The notes under the pieces are model-generated. The model saw only the letters and a list, made by a program, of their open reading frames with translations. It was not told the origin of the DNA and did no database searches. The position numbers and the translations under genes were made by a program. A stretch of 17,419 bases of DNA from Paenibacillus xylanivorans (GTDB lineage: Bacteria > Bacillota > Bacilli > Paenibacillales > Paenibacillaceae), in the NCBI RefSeq assembly GCF_001280595.1, contig NZ_LITU01000053.1, positions 170,919-188,337 on the forward strand, given 5' to 3'. Of the stretch, positions 1-7,460 are shown piece after piece. The first letter of the stretch is position 1. Each line of letters starts with the position of its first letter.

Positions 1-268
1 TCTGTATGCGTGATTTGTAACGATTCATGTAAAAATGGGTGTCCATTATTTTATCATACGAGCTACATATAGCTCAATAAGCGCAAAATGTTTTGTAAAG
101 GAGAGCATGCTGTATCCTTTGTATTCTAATTAGTTTAATAACTTTATTAAAAAATATATCAGGAAAATTCATGCGAATATTGCATATATCCTCCTTATTA
201 TCTTCTACAGATATTATATAATTGCATAAGCAGGGATTACACAATTTATAAGAAAGGAGGATGGAGAG

Positions 269-343
269 ATGGGCAATATAATAGAAGAAATATATTACGG
301 TAATCTTAAACCTGATGCGTCCTATTGTTCCTCAAGATTCTGA
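269..343 (+). CDS. Tiny ORF (24 aa, MGNIIEEIYYGNLKPDASYCSSRF) with a strong SD. Hypothetical small peptide or gene remnant.
   Basis: AAAGGAGG at 253-260 lies 8 nt upstream of ATG 269, in an AT-rich region. I recognise no similarity, and it is below the ORF-track threshold. Confidence 0.2.
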   Translation: MGNIIEEIYYGNLKPDASYCSSRF

Positions 344-435
344 GTATCGCGTCAAAACGAATCCTGAGTTATCGCTGATTACAACCATTGTGTGTACTTC
401 ATCATCTGGCTATACAAAGAATTTAAAGTGATTAT

Positions 436-570
436 GGAAGCGAATAACAAGAATAAATTAGCTCAGATTCAAAAGAAAATGGAGTCATATACTAAAGTTG
501 AAGCCGCAATAGCTAAAGTATTAGCTAAAGAAAATTATTCGGGATCAGTGCAGAGTTTATATGATAAGTA
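436..570 (+). CDS. Small ORF (44 aa, predicted helical, Lys-rich) immediately upstream of the ankyrin/SUKH gene. Hypothetical.
   Basis: ATG 436 to TAG 568-570, ending 25 nt before the TTG start of the next gene. It has no obvious SD, so confidence is low. Confidence 0.2.
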
Positions 571-595
571 GATATTAGCAGAGGAGGTTACACCA

Positions 596-1663
596 TTGTT
601 CAAAATCGGAAATCAAGGAACGTTTGAAACGTTGCCTGATCACGCCATGGCGATTTACAAGGGAGACGTTATTGCTGTAGAAGAATTCATTAGAGAGGGT
701 ATGGATCTTGAAAAAGAGATTTCGCTGAGCAAATACATAGCTTTGACACCATTGGATATTGCCCTAATCACCAACCAGCAGGCAGTGGTCAAGTTGTTGG
801 TGGAGTACGGAGTGAACCTAAATGTGAAGGACAACCCGGCAATCCTCAGGGCGGTCAGATATGGAGGGGAAGAGATTGTCCGATATCTGCACCAGAAGGG
901 TGCCAAGTTGAATGGTTTGAGCAAGGTGAAGTCGAGCGCATATGATGAAGCCTATTACGGTAACAAAAAGAATATGGCCGTGGTGAAAGAACTAGGATTG
1001 GACATTCGAAAATACGGAGGGAAAACACTGCGAAGAGCTGTGTCAGACCACGATCTGCAAACGATTCAGTATTTACTGGATGAGGGTGTACATATTAACT
1101 ACAATGAACCGGACATGGTTTATCCCTATAAGGCCACGCCACTTACGGTAGCCGCTCGCAACAACAATATGAAGATGGTTCAATTTCTGGTGGAACAGGG
1201 GGCGGATGTGACCATTCAAGAGAAGGATGGGGAACGAGCATACACGATTGCCATCAGTCAGAAAAATGAAGAAATGGCAGAGTATTTGAAATCTCATGAG
1301 CCGCAAGACTTTCACAATCTGAGCAATAAATTGCATTTGCTTAAATCGTACAAGCTACCTGATGAATTAATCCGTTTTCTAACGGAAGGTCTGCGCAGAA
1401 TCGACTTGCCAAAAAATCCGTCCGGCGTGGGATACATCGAATTCTTCCATCTGATCGATACGGTGGAGATGAAGCTGGGCAGACAGAAACTGCTGCGCAT
1501 ATCCTCTGACTTGGAGCAGTACTCCCATATCCTGATCGTCTGGAATCCAAGCAAAAAAATGATTGGCTACGCAGACATTGAACATCAGGAGCACGGAACG
1601 ATCTCCACGTTCGAAGCGTTCATGGCCGATCCCGCATCATATATGGATAATCTCCTGAATTAA
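596..1663 (+). CDS. Ankyrin-repeat protein with a C-terminal SUKH/SMI1-KNR4-like domain (immunity-protein-like)
   Basis: TTG start with GAGGAGG at 581-587. About 5 ankyrin repeats are readable (TPLDIALITNQQAVVKLLVEYGVNLNVKD; ILRAVRYGGEEIVRYLHQKGAKLN; TPLTVAARNNNMKMVQFLVEQGADV). The C-terminal ~120 aa (KLPDELIRFL...ILIVWNPSKKMIGYADIEHQEHGTISTFEAFM) fits the SUKH-1 pattern. Confidence 0.75.
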   Translation: MFKIGNQGTFETLPDHAMAIYKGDVIAVEEFIREGMDLEKEISLSKYIALTPLDIALITNQQAVVKLLVEYGVNLNVKDNPAILRAVRYGGEEIVRYLHQKGAKLNGLSKVKSSAYDEAYYGNKKNMAVVKELGLDIRKYGGKTLRRAVSDHDLQTIQYLLDEGVHINYNEPDMVYPYKATPLTVAARNNNMKMVQFLVEQGADVTIQEKDGERAYTIAISQKNEEMAEYLKSHEPQDFHNLSNKLHLLKSYKLPDELIRFLTEGLRRIDLPKNPSGVGYIEFFHLIDTVEMKLGRQKLLRISSDLEQYSHILIVWNPSKKMIGYADIEHQEHGTISTFEAFMADPASYMDNLLN

Positions 1664-1682
1664 CCAGAGGGACTTCACTATC

Positions 1683-1724
1683 ACAAGAACCTCTTGTATA
1701 TTGTCGATATACAGGAGGTTTTTT
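1683..1724 (+). terminator. Weak candidate terminator: two short AT-rich hairpins followed by a T-run
   Basis: acaaga-acc-tcttgt (1683-1697) and tgtatat-tgtcg-atataca (1695-1713), then ggagg + tttttt (1719-1724). The stems are short, and the T-run is separated from the stem. Confidence 0.3.
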
Positions 1725-1961
1725 AGTGTCTATACCATTCATCTATAGGAAAAATATCTCATGAAATATGAACTATACTAGTGCGAAAGGAGGTTAAAAA
1801 TGGTAAAATAGCAATGCCTAAACATGAAAAAACATTTTTGTTGAAAGATTAGCAGATAAGTAAGATATAAAATGGTTTAACTTTAGATTGTTAGAAAGCG
1901 ATTGTTAGTACGATTGTTTCAATGAAATTATAGTATTCTACTACTGGAGTGAGGAAGAGAA

Positions 1962-3266
1962 ATGGCCATTATTGACGTAATCAAGTATGACGGTTCACCT
2001 GATGTATTTGCTTGGAAGCATCCTGAGAACGAATTGGGAACATGGACCCAGTTGATTGTGAATCAATCCCAACAGGCAATCCTCTTTAAGGATGGAAGGG
2101 CACTTGATATGTTCGGCCCAGGAAGACATACGCTAAGTACGGCGAATATCCCGATCTTAAACCGGCTCGTTAACCTTCCGTTCGGAGGTAAATCACCTTT
2201 TGCAGCAGAAGTGTGGTACGTCAATCAAGTAAGCGCACTAGACGTGAAATGGGGAACAGCAAATCCAATCCAGGTACAGGACCCAAAATATAATATTATC
2301 GTTCCCGTAAGAGCATTTGGGCAGATGGGAATAAAAATAGCGGACTCTCGCAAATTTCTGATCAAACTTGTGGGAACACTGCCTGAATTTAACCAGGCTA
2401 ATATGGTCAATTACTTTCGCGGGCTAATTATTATGAACATTAACTCCATGCTGTCTTCCTATCTAATACATAGAAAAGTAAGTGTACTGGAAATCAATGC
2501 TTATATCGCCGAAATATCACGACATTTTGCTGATACGATCGCATCTGCTTTTGAAGAGTTTGGTATTGAGTTAATCAACCTGTATATCCACAATGTCAAT
2601 CTGCCTGAAGAGGACCCTTCGGTCATTCGATTGAGAGAAGCGTTGGCACGCAAAGCTGAAATGGATATTATCGGGTACACCTATCAACAGGAGCGTTCAT
2701 TCGATACGCTTGAAGGTGCAGCCAAAAATGAAGGAAGCATGCAATCGGATATTATGGGTGCAGGGCTTGGTATGGGGATGGGTGTTGGACTGGGAGGATC
2801 ATTCAGCAGCGAGATGTCCCAGATGTCCAAAGTGATGGCTACAACGGAAACGCCTGCTGTACGCATATGCAAACATTGCAGTCATCCGAACCAGGAGCAT
2901 AGTTCTTTTTGCAGCAAGTGTGGCAATTCATTTGCCGAAAAATCAGCAACGACCGGTTGTAACAACTGTGGACATGCCTTGCAAAAAGGGACCAAATTTT
3001 GTCCCAATTGTGGAGACAAATATCATGCATGCCCATCCTGCGGGGCGGATAATGCGGATAATGCTTTGGCATGTGTTCAGTGTCACGAACCGATGCCTAG
3101 CCCATGCCCCAAGTGCAATCATATGAATTCGGGTCAAACTAAATTCTGCGGCAACTGCGGCTCCGGTCTGTCCTTGAAATGCAGTCAATGTCAACATGAA
3201 GTGAAGCCCGGTCAGAAGTTCTGTCTGGATTGCGGAAACAATCTGCAAGATGGAGGGCAGGCATAG
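1962..3266 (+). CDS. YdjI-like SPFH/Band_7_1-family protein with a Gly/Met-rich linker and five tandem C-terminal zinc ribbons
   Basis: ATG 1962 with GGAGTGAGGAAGAG upstream. The N-terminus (MAIIDVIKYDGSPDVFAWKHP...LIVNQSQQAILFKDGRALDMFGPGRHTL...LPFGGKSPFAAEVWYVN) matches my memory of the Band_7_1 'virion core protein-like' SPFH family that includes B. subtilis YdjI. The linker is GAGLGMGMGVGLGG. Then come 5x C-x2-C-x9-13-C-x2-C motifs (20 Cys). Confidence 0.85.
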   Translation: MAIIDVIKYDGSPDVFAWKHPENELGTWTQLIVNQSQQAILFKDGRALDMFGPGRHTLSTANIPILNRLVNLPFGGKSPFAAEVWYVNQVSALDVKWGTANPIQVQDPKYNIIVPVRAFGQMGIKIADSRKFLIKLVGTLPEFNQANMVNYFRGLIIMNINSMLSSYLIHRKVSVLEINAYIAEISRHFADTIASAFEEFGIELINLYIHNVNLPEEDPSVIRLREALARKAEMDIIGYTYQQERSFDTLEGAAKNEGSMQSDIMGAGLGMGMGVGLGGSFSSEMSQMSKVMATTETPAVRICKHCSHPNQEHSSFCSKCGNSFAEKSATTGCNNCGHALQKGTKFCPNCGDKYHACPSCGADNADNALACVQCHEPMPSPCPKCNHMNSGQTKFCGNCGSGLSLKCSQCQHEVKPGQKFCLDCGNNLQDGGQA

Positions 3267-4009
3267 TGATAATTAAACGGAGCAATCTTTTCATTTTAAA
3301 TGTCATCTATCTGATCTGTATGCTTGTATCCTCAGTCGTTTCTTTTACGGTGTTTAGTCATGCTATTGTATCGTTTCCTTTCTGGATGAATCTTGTGGCT
3401 TCTTATTTCGCGATTACGGCGATTTGGATTTATATAAGGCATGTCATGCTACATATGGATCGCTTTAAGCAACTGGTTCCTGGTTACACAGCGTTAGGGA
3501 TCGTGTTGGTGATGTATCTGATTTGCGTAATGATATATTCTCTGTTTACAGGTTTAGCAGATCATGGTCTCCGCTGGTTCGTTTTGTTACATACGGTAAC
3601 TGCAGCGCTGGCAGTAATTCTATGTGGAATTATGTTGATCTATATCCGGAGTACAAGTCATCATGAAGCAGATGAACAAATGAAAACGGCTAACTTGAGA
3701 TCCATCGAAAATGCTTTGCAACAGTTGCTTCATACGATGGAGGATGATTCCATCCTGACTATGGAGGAGGACAGAAAGGCGCTTCAATCATTAGTTGAAC
3801 TGGTAAAGTACAGCGACCCAATCACTCCGGTTTCACTTGAGTATAGTGACCGTCAGATACTAATTGATATTGAATTGTTGAACGGTGAGATTGCGACACA
3901 GTATGCGGCAGGGGGATTGATAGATAGTGAACGTCTCACTTCGCAATTATCTCGGTTAAAGTCACGCTTGAAAGAACGGAATCAACAGATCATGAGAAGC
4001 AAATCATAA
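3266..4009 (+). CDS. Integral membrane protein (4 predicted TM helices) with a cytoplasmic coiled-coil C-terminal half. YdjH-like partner of the SPFH protein.
   Basis: I prefer GTG 3266 (RBS GGAGGG at 3251-3256, 9 nt spacing) to the track's TTG 3230, which lies inside the upstream gene. The GTG overlaps the upstream TAG stop (TAGTG), which suggests translational coupling. Hydrophobic segments are LFILNVIYLICMLVSSVVSF, MNLVASYFAITAIWIYI, ALGIVLVMYLICVMIYSLF and FVLLHTVTAALAVILCGIMLIYI, followed by a charged helical tail. Confidence 0.75.
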   Translation: MIIKRSNLFILNVIYLICMLVSSVVSFTVFSHAIVSFPFWMNLVASYFAITAIWIYIRHVMLHMDRFKQLVPGYTALGIVLVMYLICVMIYSLFTGLADHGLRWFVLLHTVTAALAVILCGIMLIYIRSTSHHEADEQMKTANLRSIENALQQLLHTMEDDSILTMEEDRKALQSLVELVKYSDPITPVSLEYSDRQILIDIELLNGEIATQYAAGGLIDSERLTSQLSRLKSRLKERNQQIMRSKS

Positions 4010-4028
4010 ATTTATAGGAGGAAAAGCT

Positions 4029-4415
4029 TTGAAGAGATTTTTTGGAATTATATTCATTATATTATCATCTCTAACAATATTGTTATCTTTATTATTAATA
4101 TCCCAGGGAACCGAAATGGCTATTATCAGTACGATTATTCTTTTTATACCCGGCGTTATCGTACTTGTTACAGGAATTAAAATGTGTAGTCGACCTAAAT
4201 TCCATCCCAAGGCTGATCATTATCAATACCATTACGACAGTGACGAGGAATATGATGATGAAGGGTACTATGAGGATGAGTACCACGATCATGAATACGA
4301 GGAACCGCAAGAAGCTGTATCTGTGAATTGTCCGGGATGTGGGGCCAAGGCGAAGGTATATCGGAAGCAATCCACGGATTGTGAGTATTGTGGAACAACT
4401 GTTGAAGCACCGTAA
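4029..4415 (+). CDS. Small membrane protein: 2 TM helices, an acidic Tyr/His/Asp/Glu-rich low-complexity tract and a C-terminal zinc ribbon. Possibly YdjG-like.
   Basis: TTG 4029 with AGGAGG at 4015-4020. TM region FFGIIFIILSSLTILLSLLLI / IISTIILFIPGVIVLVTGI. Acidic tract HYQYHYDSDEEYDDEGYYEDEYHDHEYEE. Zinc ribbon CPGCGAKAKVYRKQSTDCEYCG. Confidence 0.7.
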   Translation: MKRFFGIIFIILSSLTILLSLLLISQGTEMAIISTIILFIPGVIVLVTGIKMCSRPKFHPKADHYQYHYDSDEEYDDEGYYEDEYHDHEYEEPQEAVSVNCPGCGAKAKVYRKQSTDCEYCGTTVEAP

Positions 4416-4443
4416 AATGGTTCAGAATGGATACGAAAAGGAT

Positions 4444-4484
4444 AAAAGTCTGATTCCTACATGGAGTCAGGCTTTTATCTTTTA
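4444..4484. terminator. Bidirectional rho-independent terminator between convergent genes
   Basis: The stem agtctgattcc (4447-4457) pairs with ggagtcaggct (4463-4473) with two G-U wobbles and a 5-nt loop. An A-run (4444-4447) precedes it and tttatctttt (4473-4483) follows, so it could terminate either strand. Confidence 0.6.
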
Positions 4485-4540
4485 GCCCGTTTTGCGGATA
4501 AAAGTAAGAGAAAGAACCTCTTATCTCATTCACCCTGAAT

Positions 4541-5181
4541 CTAAAAATCTCTCGTGCGTTCAAACACCTCTTCCAGTTCCTTGCGATTAACCTTTATAGC
4601 AGTTGTCTGGTCCATCCCTGGTTTTGATTCCAGTTGATCCAACAATTCAACAAAGGCGTTATAAATTTCTTCACGTTCGATTGTTTCAATAAAGTTGGCT
4701 TTGGCGTCCATCTCGTTAAACGTCTCGGTGTACTTCTCTACTAATGACATCAGTTGTTTCTGTATAACGCCTGAATCGCTCATATTTTGACTTAATCTTC
4801 GAATTTCTTTGAGGTGTTGTTTGTAGGTTTGAGCTGCTTTTTTGGCATGCGCTGCTTTAATATGATCCCGTCCGTCCCAGTCTCGAAAAGGGTTCGTTAG
4901 ATTCTCTGCGAGCCATTCCGGTTTACGTGGTTTACTGATTTCGAGTTCAAGCCCGGATCCAGCCGATTTTTCCAGAAATAAAAGCTGCATATGAGCGGTT
5001 TCATCTGACGAAGTTCCATTTCATCGGGCGGCTGATTTCCTGTCCAGTCCAATTGCAGGATTGCGGCAAGCTGGCGTGACCCCTTACTCCCGGTTTCTTT
5101 CAGGCCAGTTACCTGGCAGGCGGCATATTGTTGTAAATTTTCGACGTATACACAGTAAATGTCTCCGATCGTTGGTACCAT
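4541..5181 (-). pseudogene. Frameshifted hypothetical protein gene. Track ORFs 4897..5211 and 4541..4990 are two halves of one reading frame.
   Basis: AAAGGAG RBS then ATG at 5181 (MVPTIGDIYCVYVENLQQYAACQVTG...). That frame runs into out-of-frame sequence near 4990-5020, where the second ORF (MQLLFLEKSAGSG...ERTRDF) takes over. The second ORF has no RBS of its own, and the overlap is a 1-nt offset with no homopolymer. I do not recognise the family. Confidence 0.5.
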
Positions 5182-5346
5182 GATGTGCTCCTTTCGTTCT
5201 GCGTGAATCAATGCTAAGCTTCTTGTAAACTAAGGATTTTGCAGAATGATAATAAAAGAATTATATCAAAGGCGTCTTATCACATCCATTTTGGATAGAG
5301 CCGTATTTGAATCCATAGAAATCTAAATGTCTAAGGGAGGTTATTT

Positions 5347-6153
5347 ATGACTACAGGTATTAGCCGAAATAAAACACTGGGTGAATTTTTGAAATCTCGG
5401 AGGAGCCGGATTCAGCCAGAACAAGTCGGAATCAGCGGATCGTATGGACAACGCAGAACGCCTGGATTAAGGCGTGAGGAAGTCGCGGTGCTTGCAGGTG
5501 TCAGTGCAACTTACTACACTTGGCTTGAGCAGGGGAGAGAGGTTAACGCATCTCGAGAGGTGATGGAAAGTATAGCGGGTGCACTCCAGTTAAGCGAGGA
5601 AGAGAAGGACCACCTATTTCGTTTATGGGACCCCAATGCAGAGCATGAATTTCCTGCCTCCTATTCACATCTCGAAGCGGGATGGCAGAGTATCATTAGT
5701 CAACTTGCATACCCTTCTTTTATTACGAATGAAAGGTCTGAAGTACTTGCATGGAATGAGGCAGCGAATGAAAAACTTTTTGCCTTTTCCTCGATGAACG
5801 TGAACGACCGTGTCATGATGCGAATGTTATTTCTAGATGCAACGCTCCGGGAACGTATGCATAATTGGGATGAATTTGCACGGCATTCGGTAGCGGTGTT
5901 TCGTACGTACTATGACAAGTATCCGGGTGAACCCGGGTTTTACAAAATAATTCAACAGTTGAACGAGGACAGCACGGATTTTCAAAACATTTGGAACCTC
6001 CACCAAATTAAACAGAAAAAAGTCAACCGAATCTATCTCCAAACAACGGATCAGACGGATGGCATTGCCTATGCCTACGATATCTTTTCCATGAGTAATC
6101 TGAACGAACAGTCAGGTATTCATTGTTGTGTGTACATACCCGTTGTGGAGTGA
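5347..6153 (+). CDS. MmyB-like helix-turn-helix (XRE-type) transcriptional regulator
   Basis: AGGGAGG RBS at 5333-5340. The N-terminal HTH (GLRREEVAVLAGVSATYYTWLEQGR) and ...LFRLW motif, followed by a ~180 aa C-terminal ligand-binding-like domain, are typical of the MmyB family. Such regulators are commonly paired with reductases. Confidence 0.85.
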   Translation: MTTGISRNKTLGEFLKSRRSRIQPEQVGISGSYGQRRTPGLRREEVAVLAGVSATYYTWLEQGREVNASREVMESIAGALQLSEEEKDHLFRLWDPNAEHEFPASYSHLEAGWQSIISQLAYPSFITNERSEVLAWNEAANEKLFAFSSMNVNDRVMMRMLFLDATLRERMHNWDEFARHSVAVFRTYYDKYPGEPGFYKIIQQLNEDSTDFQNIWNLHQIKQKKVNRIYLQTTDQTDGIAYAYDIFSMSNLNEQSGIHCCVYIPVVE

Positions 6154-6277
6154 CAGTAACGCTCAGGGTGGTAATTCTAGTACTAGCATAAACAGACTGT
6201 GGTTGGGCCTCTGTTCGTGAAATAGAATGAATACATGTCCAATATTTTTCTATCTATTAACGAAAAGAGGGAACCAC

Positions 6278-7234
6278 ATGATCAACACAAGAACGTTGGG
6301 AAGCGATAATTTGCAGGTATCCGGGCTTGGACTAGGTGTAATGATGATGCCAGACAACCAAGATTCGGTGCATACAATCCGGGGTGCGCTGGATGCAGGA
6401 GTAACGATGTTCGATACAGCGGATCTGTACGGTGAATATGAAAAGCAGCAGTTTGGAGGTAACGAAAAATTGCTTGGACGTGCGCTTAAAGGGCGAAGAG
6501 CCGATGCTATTGTAGCAACCAAGTTCGGTATAACACATACCCAGGGTCCCAAGGGAGATCCGGCGTATATCAAAAAATCAGTGGATGCCAGTCTTTACAA
6601 CCTGGGGATGGATTACATAGATCTATATTATCAGCATCGTCCGGATCCCAATACTCCTATTGAGGAAACGGTGGGAACACTTGCCGATCTGGTTCAACAG
6701 GGGAAAATCCGTTATATAGGTCTGTCTGAAGCGTCTGCAGAGACGATTCGTCGTGCGAATGCCGTTCATCCAATCACAGCACTCCAAACGGAGTATTCAT
6801 TATGGAGTCGTGAGCTCGAAGATGAGATATTGCCATTGCTGAGCGAGTTGAACATTGGGCTTGTACCCTACAGTCCGTTGGGACGTGGCTTCCTGACAGG
6901 ACAGATCCGATCGATAGACGACCTGCCAGAGGACGATTATCGTCGTCATTATCCACGTTTCCAGGGTGAGAATTTCCAGAAGAATCTGGAGGTTGTGCGC
7001 CTGATCCAAGAGCTGGCTATGCAAAAAGGATGCACTGCTTCTCAGCTCGCACTCGCCTGGTTACTTGAAAAGGGAGAACATATCGTTCCGATCCCTGGTA
7101 CTCGCAGTTTGGAGAGAATTCACGAGAACCTGGGTGCCTTGCAGATTACTTTCACCAATGATGAATTGGCAGAGATTGAATGGATATCTCCCAAAGGATT
7201 TGCCGCAGGGGGAAGATACCCGGGGATTACTTAA
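6278..7234 (+). CDS. Aldo/keto reductase (AKR superfamily oxidoreductase)
   Basis: I prefer ATG 6278 (RBS AAGAGGGAA 6265-6273) to the track's 6227 start. Motifs are MINTRTLG...[44 protein letters not shown] and [14 protein letters not shown]. Confidence 0.9.
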   Translation: MINTRTLGSDNLQVSGLGLGVMMMPDNQDSVHTIRGALDAGVTMFDTADLYGEYEKQQFGGNEKLLGRALKGRRADAIVATKFGITHTQGPKGDPAYIKKSVDASLYNLGMDYIDLYYQHRPDPNTPIEETVGTLADLVQQGKIRYIGLSEASAETIRRANAVHPITALQTEYSLWSRELEDEILPLLSELNIGLVPYSPLGRGFLTGQIRSIDDLPEDDYRRHYPRFQGENFQKNLEVVRLIQELAMQKGCTASQLALAWLLEKGEHIVPIPGTRSLERIHENLGALQITFTNDELAEIEWISPKGFAAGGRYPGIT

Positions 7235-7460
7235 TATAAAGCAAGGCTATAGATAAAACACTTAACGCCCCAGACCTATTTTCAACAGGAAAAGGGTGTT
7301 TTGTGTTTTGCTTGAGAGTGAATGATCTTCACCTAATTGACAGATGAGATTACACAGGTGGATAAAAATTGCAATGGAATCGTGTCCTCGGTATTATCTC
7401 CGCTTATTAACGCATACAGTACAACAATGAGATGTACGCCTATAAGGAGGAAACAGCGGT

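Noticed and set aside
100-260. Mini-ORFs on both strands around the cctcctt/aaggagg motif at 188-194
   Set aside because: They are 8-32 codons with poor SD spacing (4 or 17 nt), in AT-rich sequence where short ORFs arise by chance.
1841-1960. Sigma-W promoter (TGAAAC-N16-CGTA) or a pspA gene upstream of the YdjI-like gene, as in the B. subtilis pspA-ydjGHI operon
   Set aside because: Only a TGAAAG near 1842 with no CGTA at the right spacing. There is no PspA-like coiled-coil ORF anywhere in the window.
3230-3265. TTG 3230 as the start of the membrane-protein gene
   Set aside because: It has no RBS and lies inside the upstream coding region. GTG 3266 with GGAGGG 9 nt upstream is a far better start.
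1685-4527. Shared 11-mer AAGAACCTCTT at about 1685 and about 4517, considered as possible repeat boundaries flanking the SPFH module
   Set aside because: It is too short. An 11-mer recurrence is expected by chance in a 17-kb window, and no extended similarity surrounds either copy.
4541-5211. Treating 4897..5211- and 4541..4990- as two independent overlapping genes
   Set aside because: The downstream ORF lacks an RBS. The two frames abut within about 30 nt and are collinear, so a single frameshifted gene is the simpler reading.
6227-6277. Extended N-terminus ([17 protein letters not shown]) for the aldo/keto reductase
   Set aside because: It has no RBS. The AKR family begins at the M-x-x-R-x-LG motif, which coincides with ATG 6278 preceded by AAGAGGGAA.
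7405-7425. Sigma-K-like -10 (CATACAGTA) upstream of the cupin gene, hinting at a spore-coat gene
   Set aside because: There is no AC -35 element at the required about 17-bp spacing, so this is probably a chance match.
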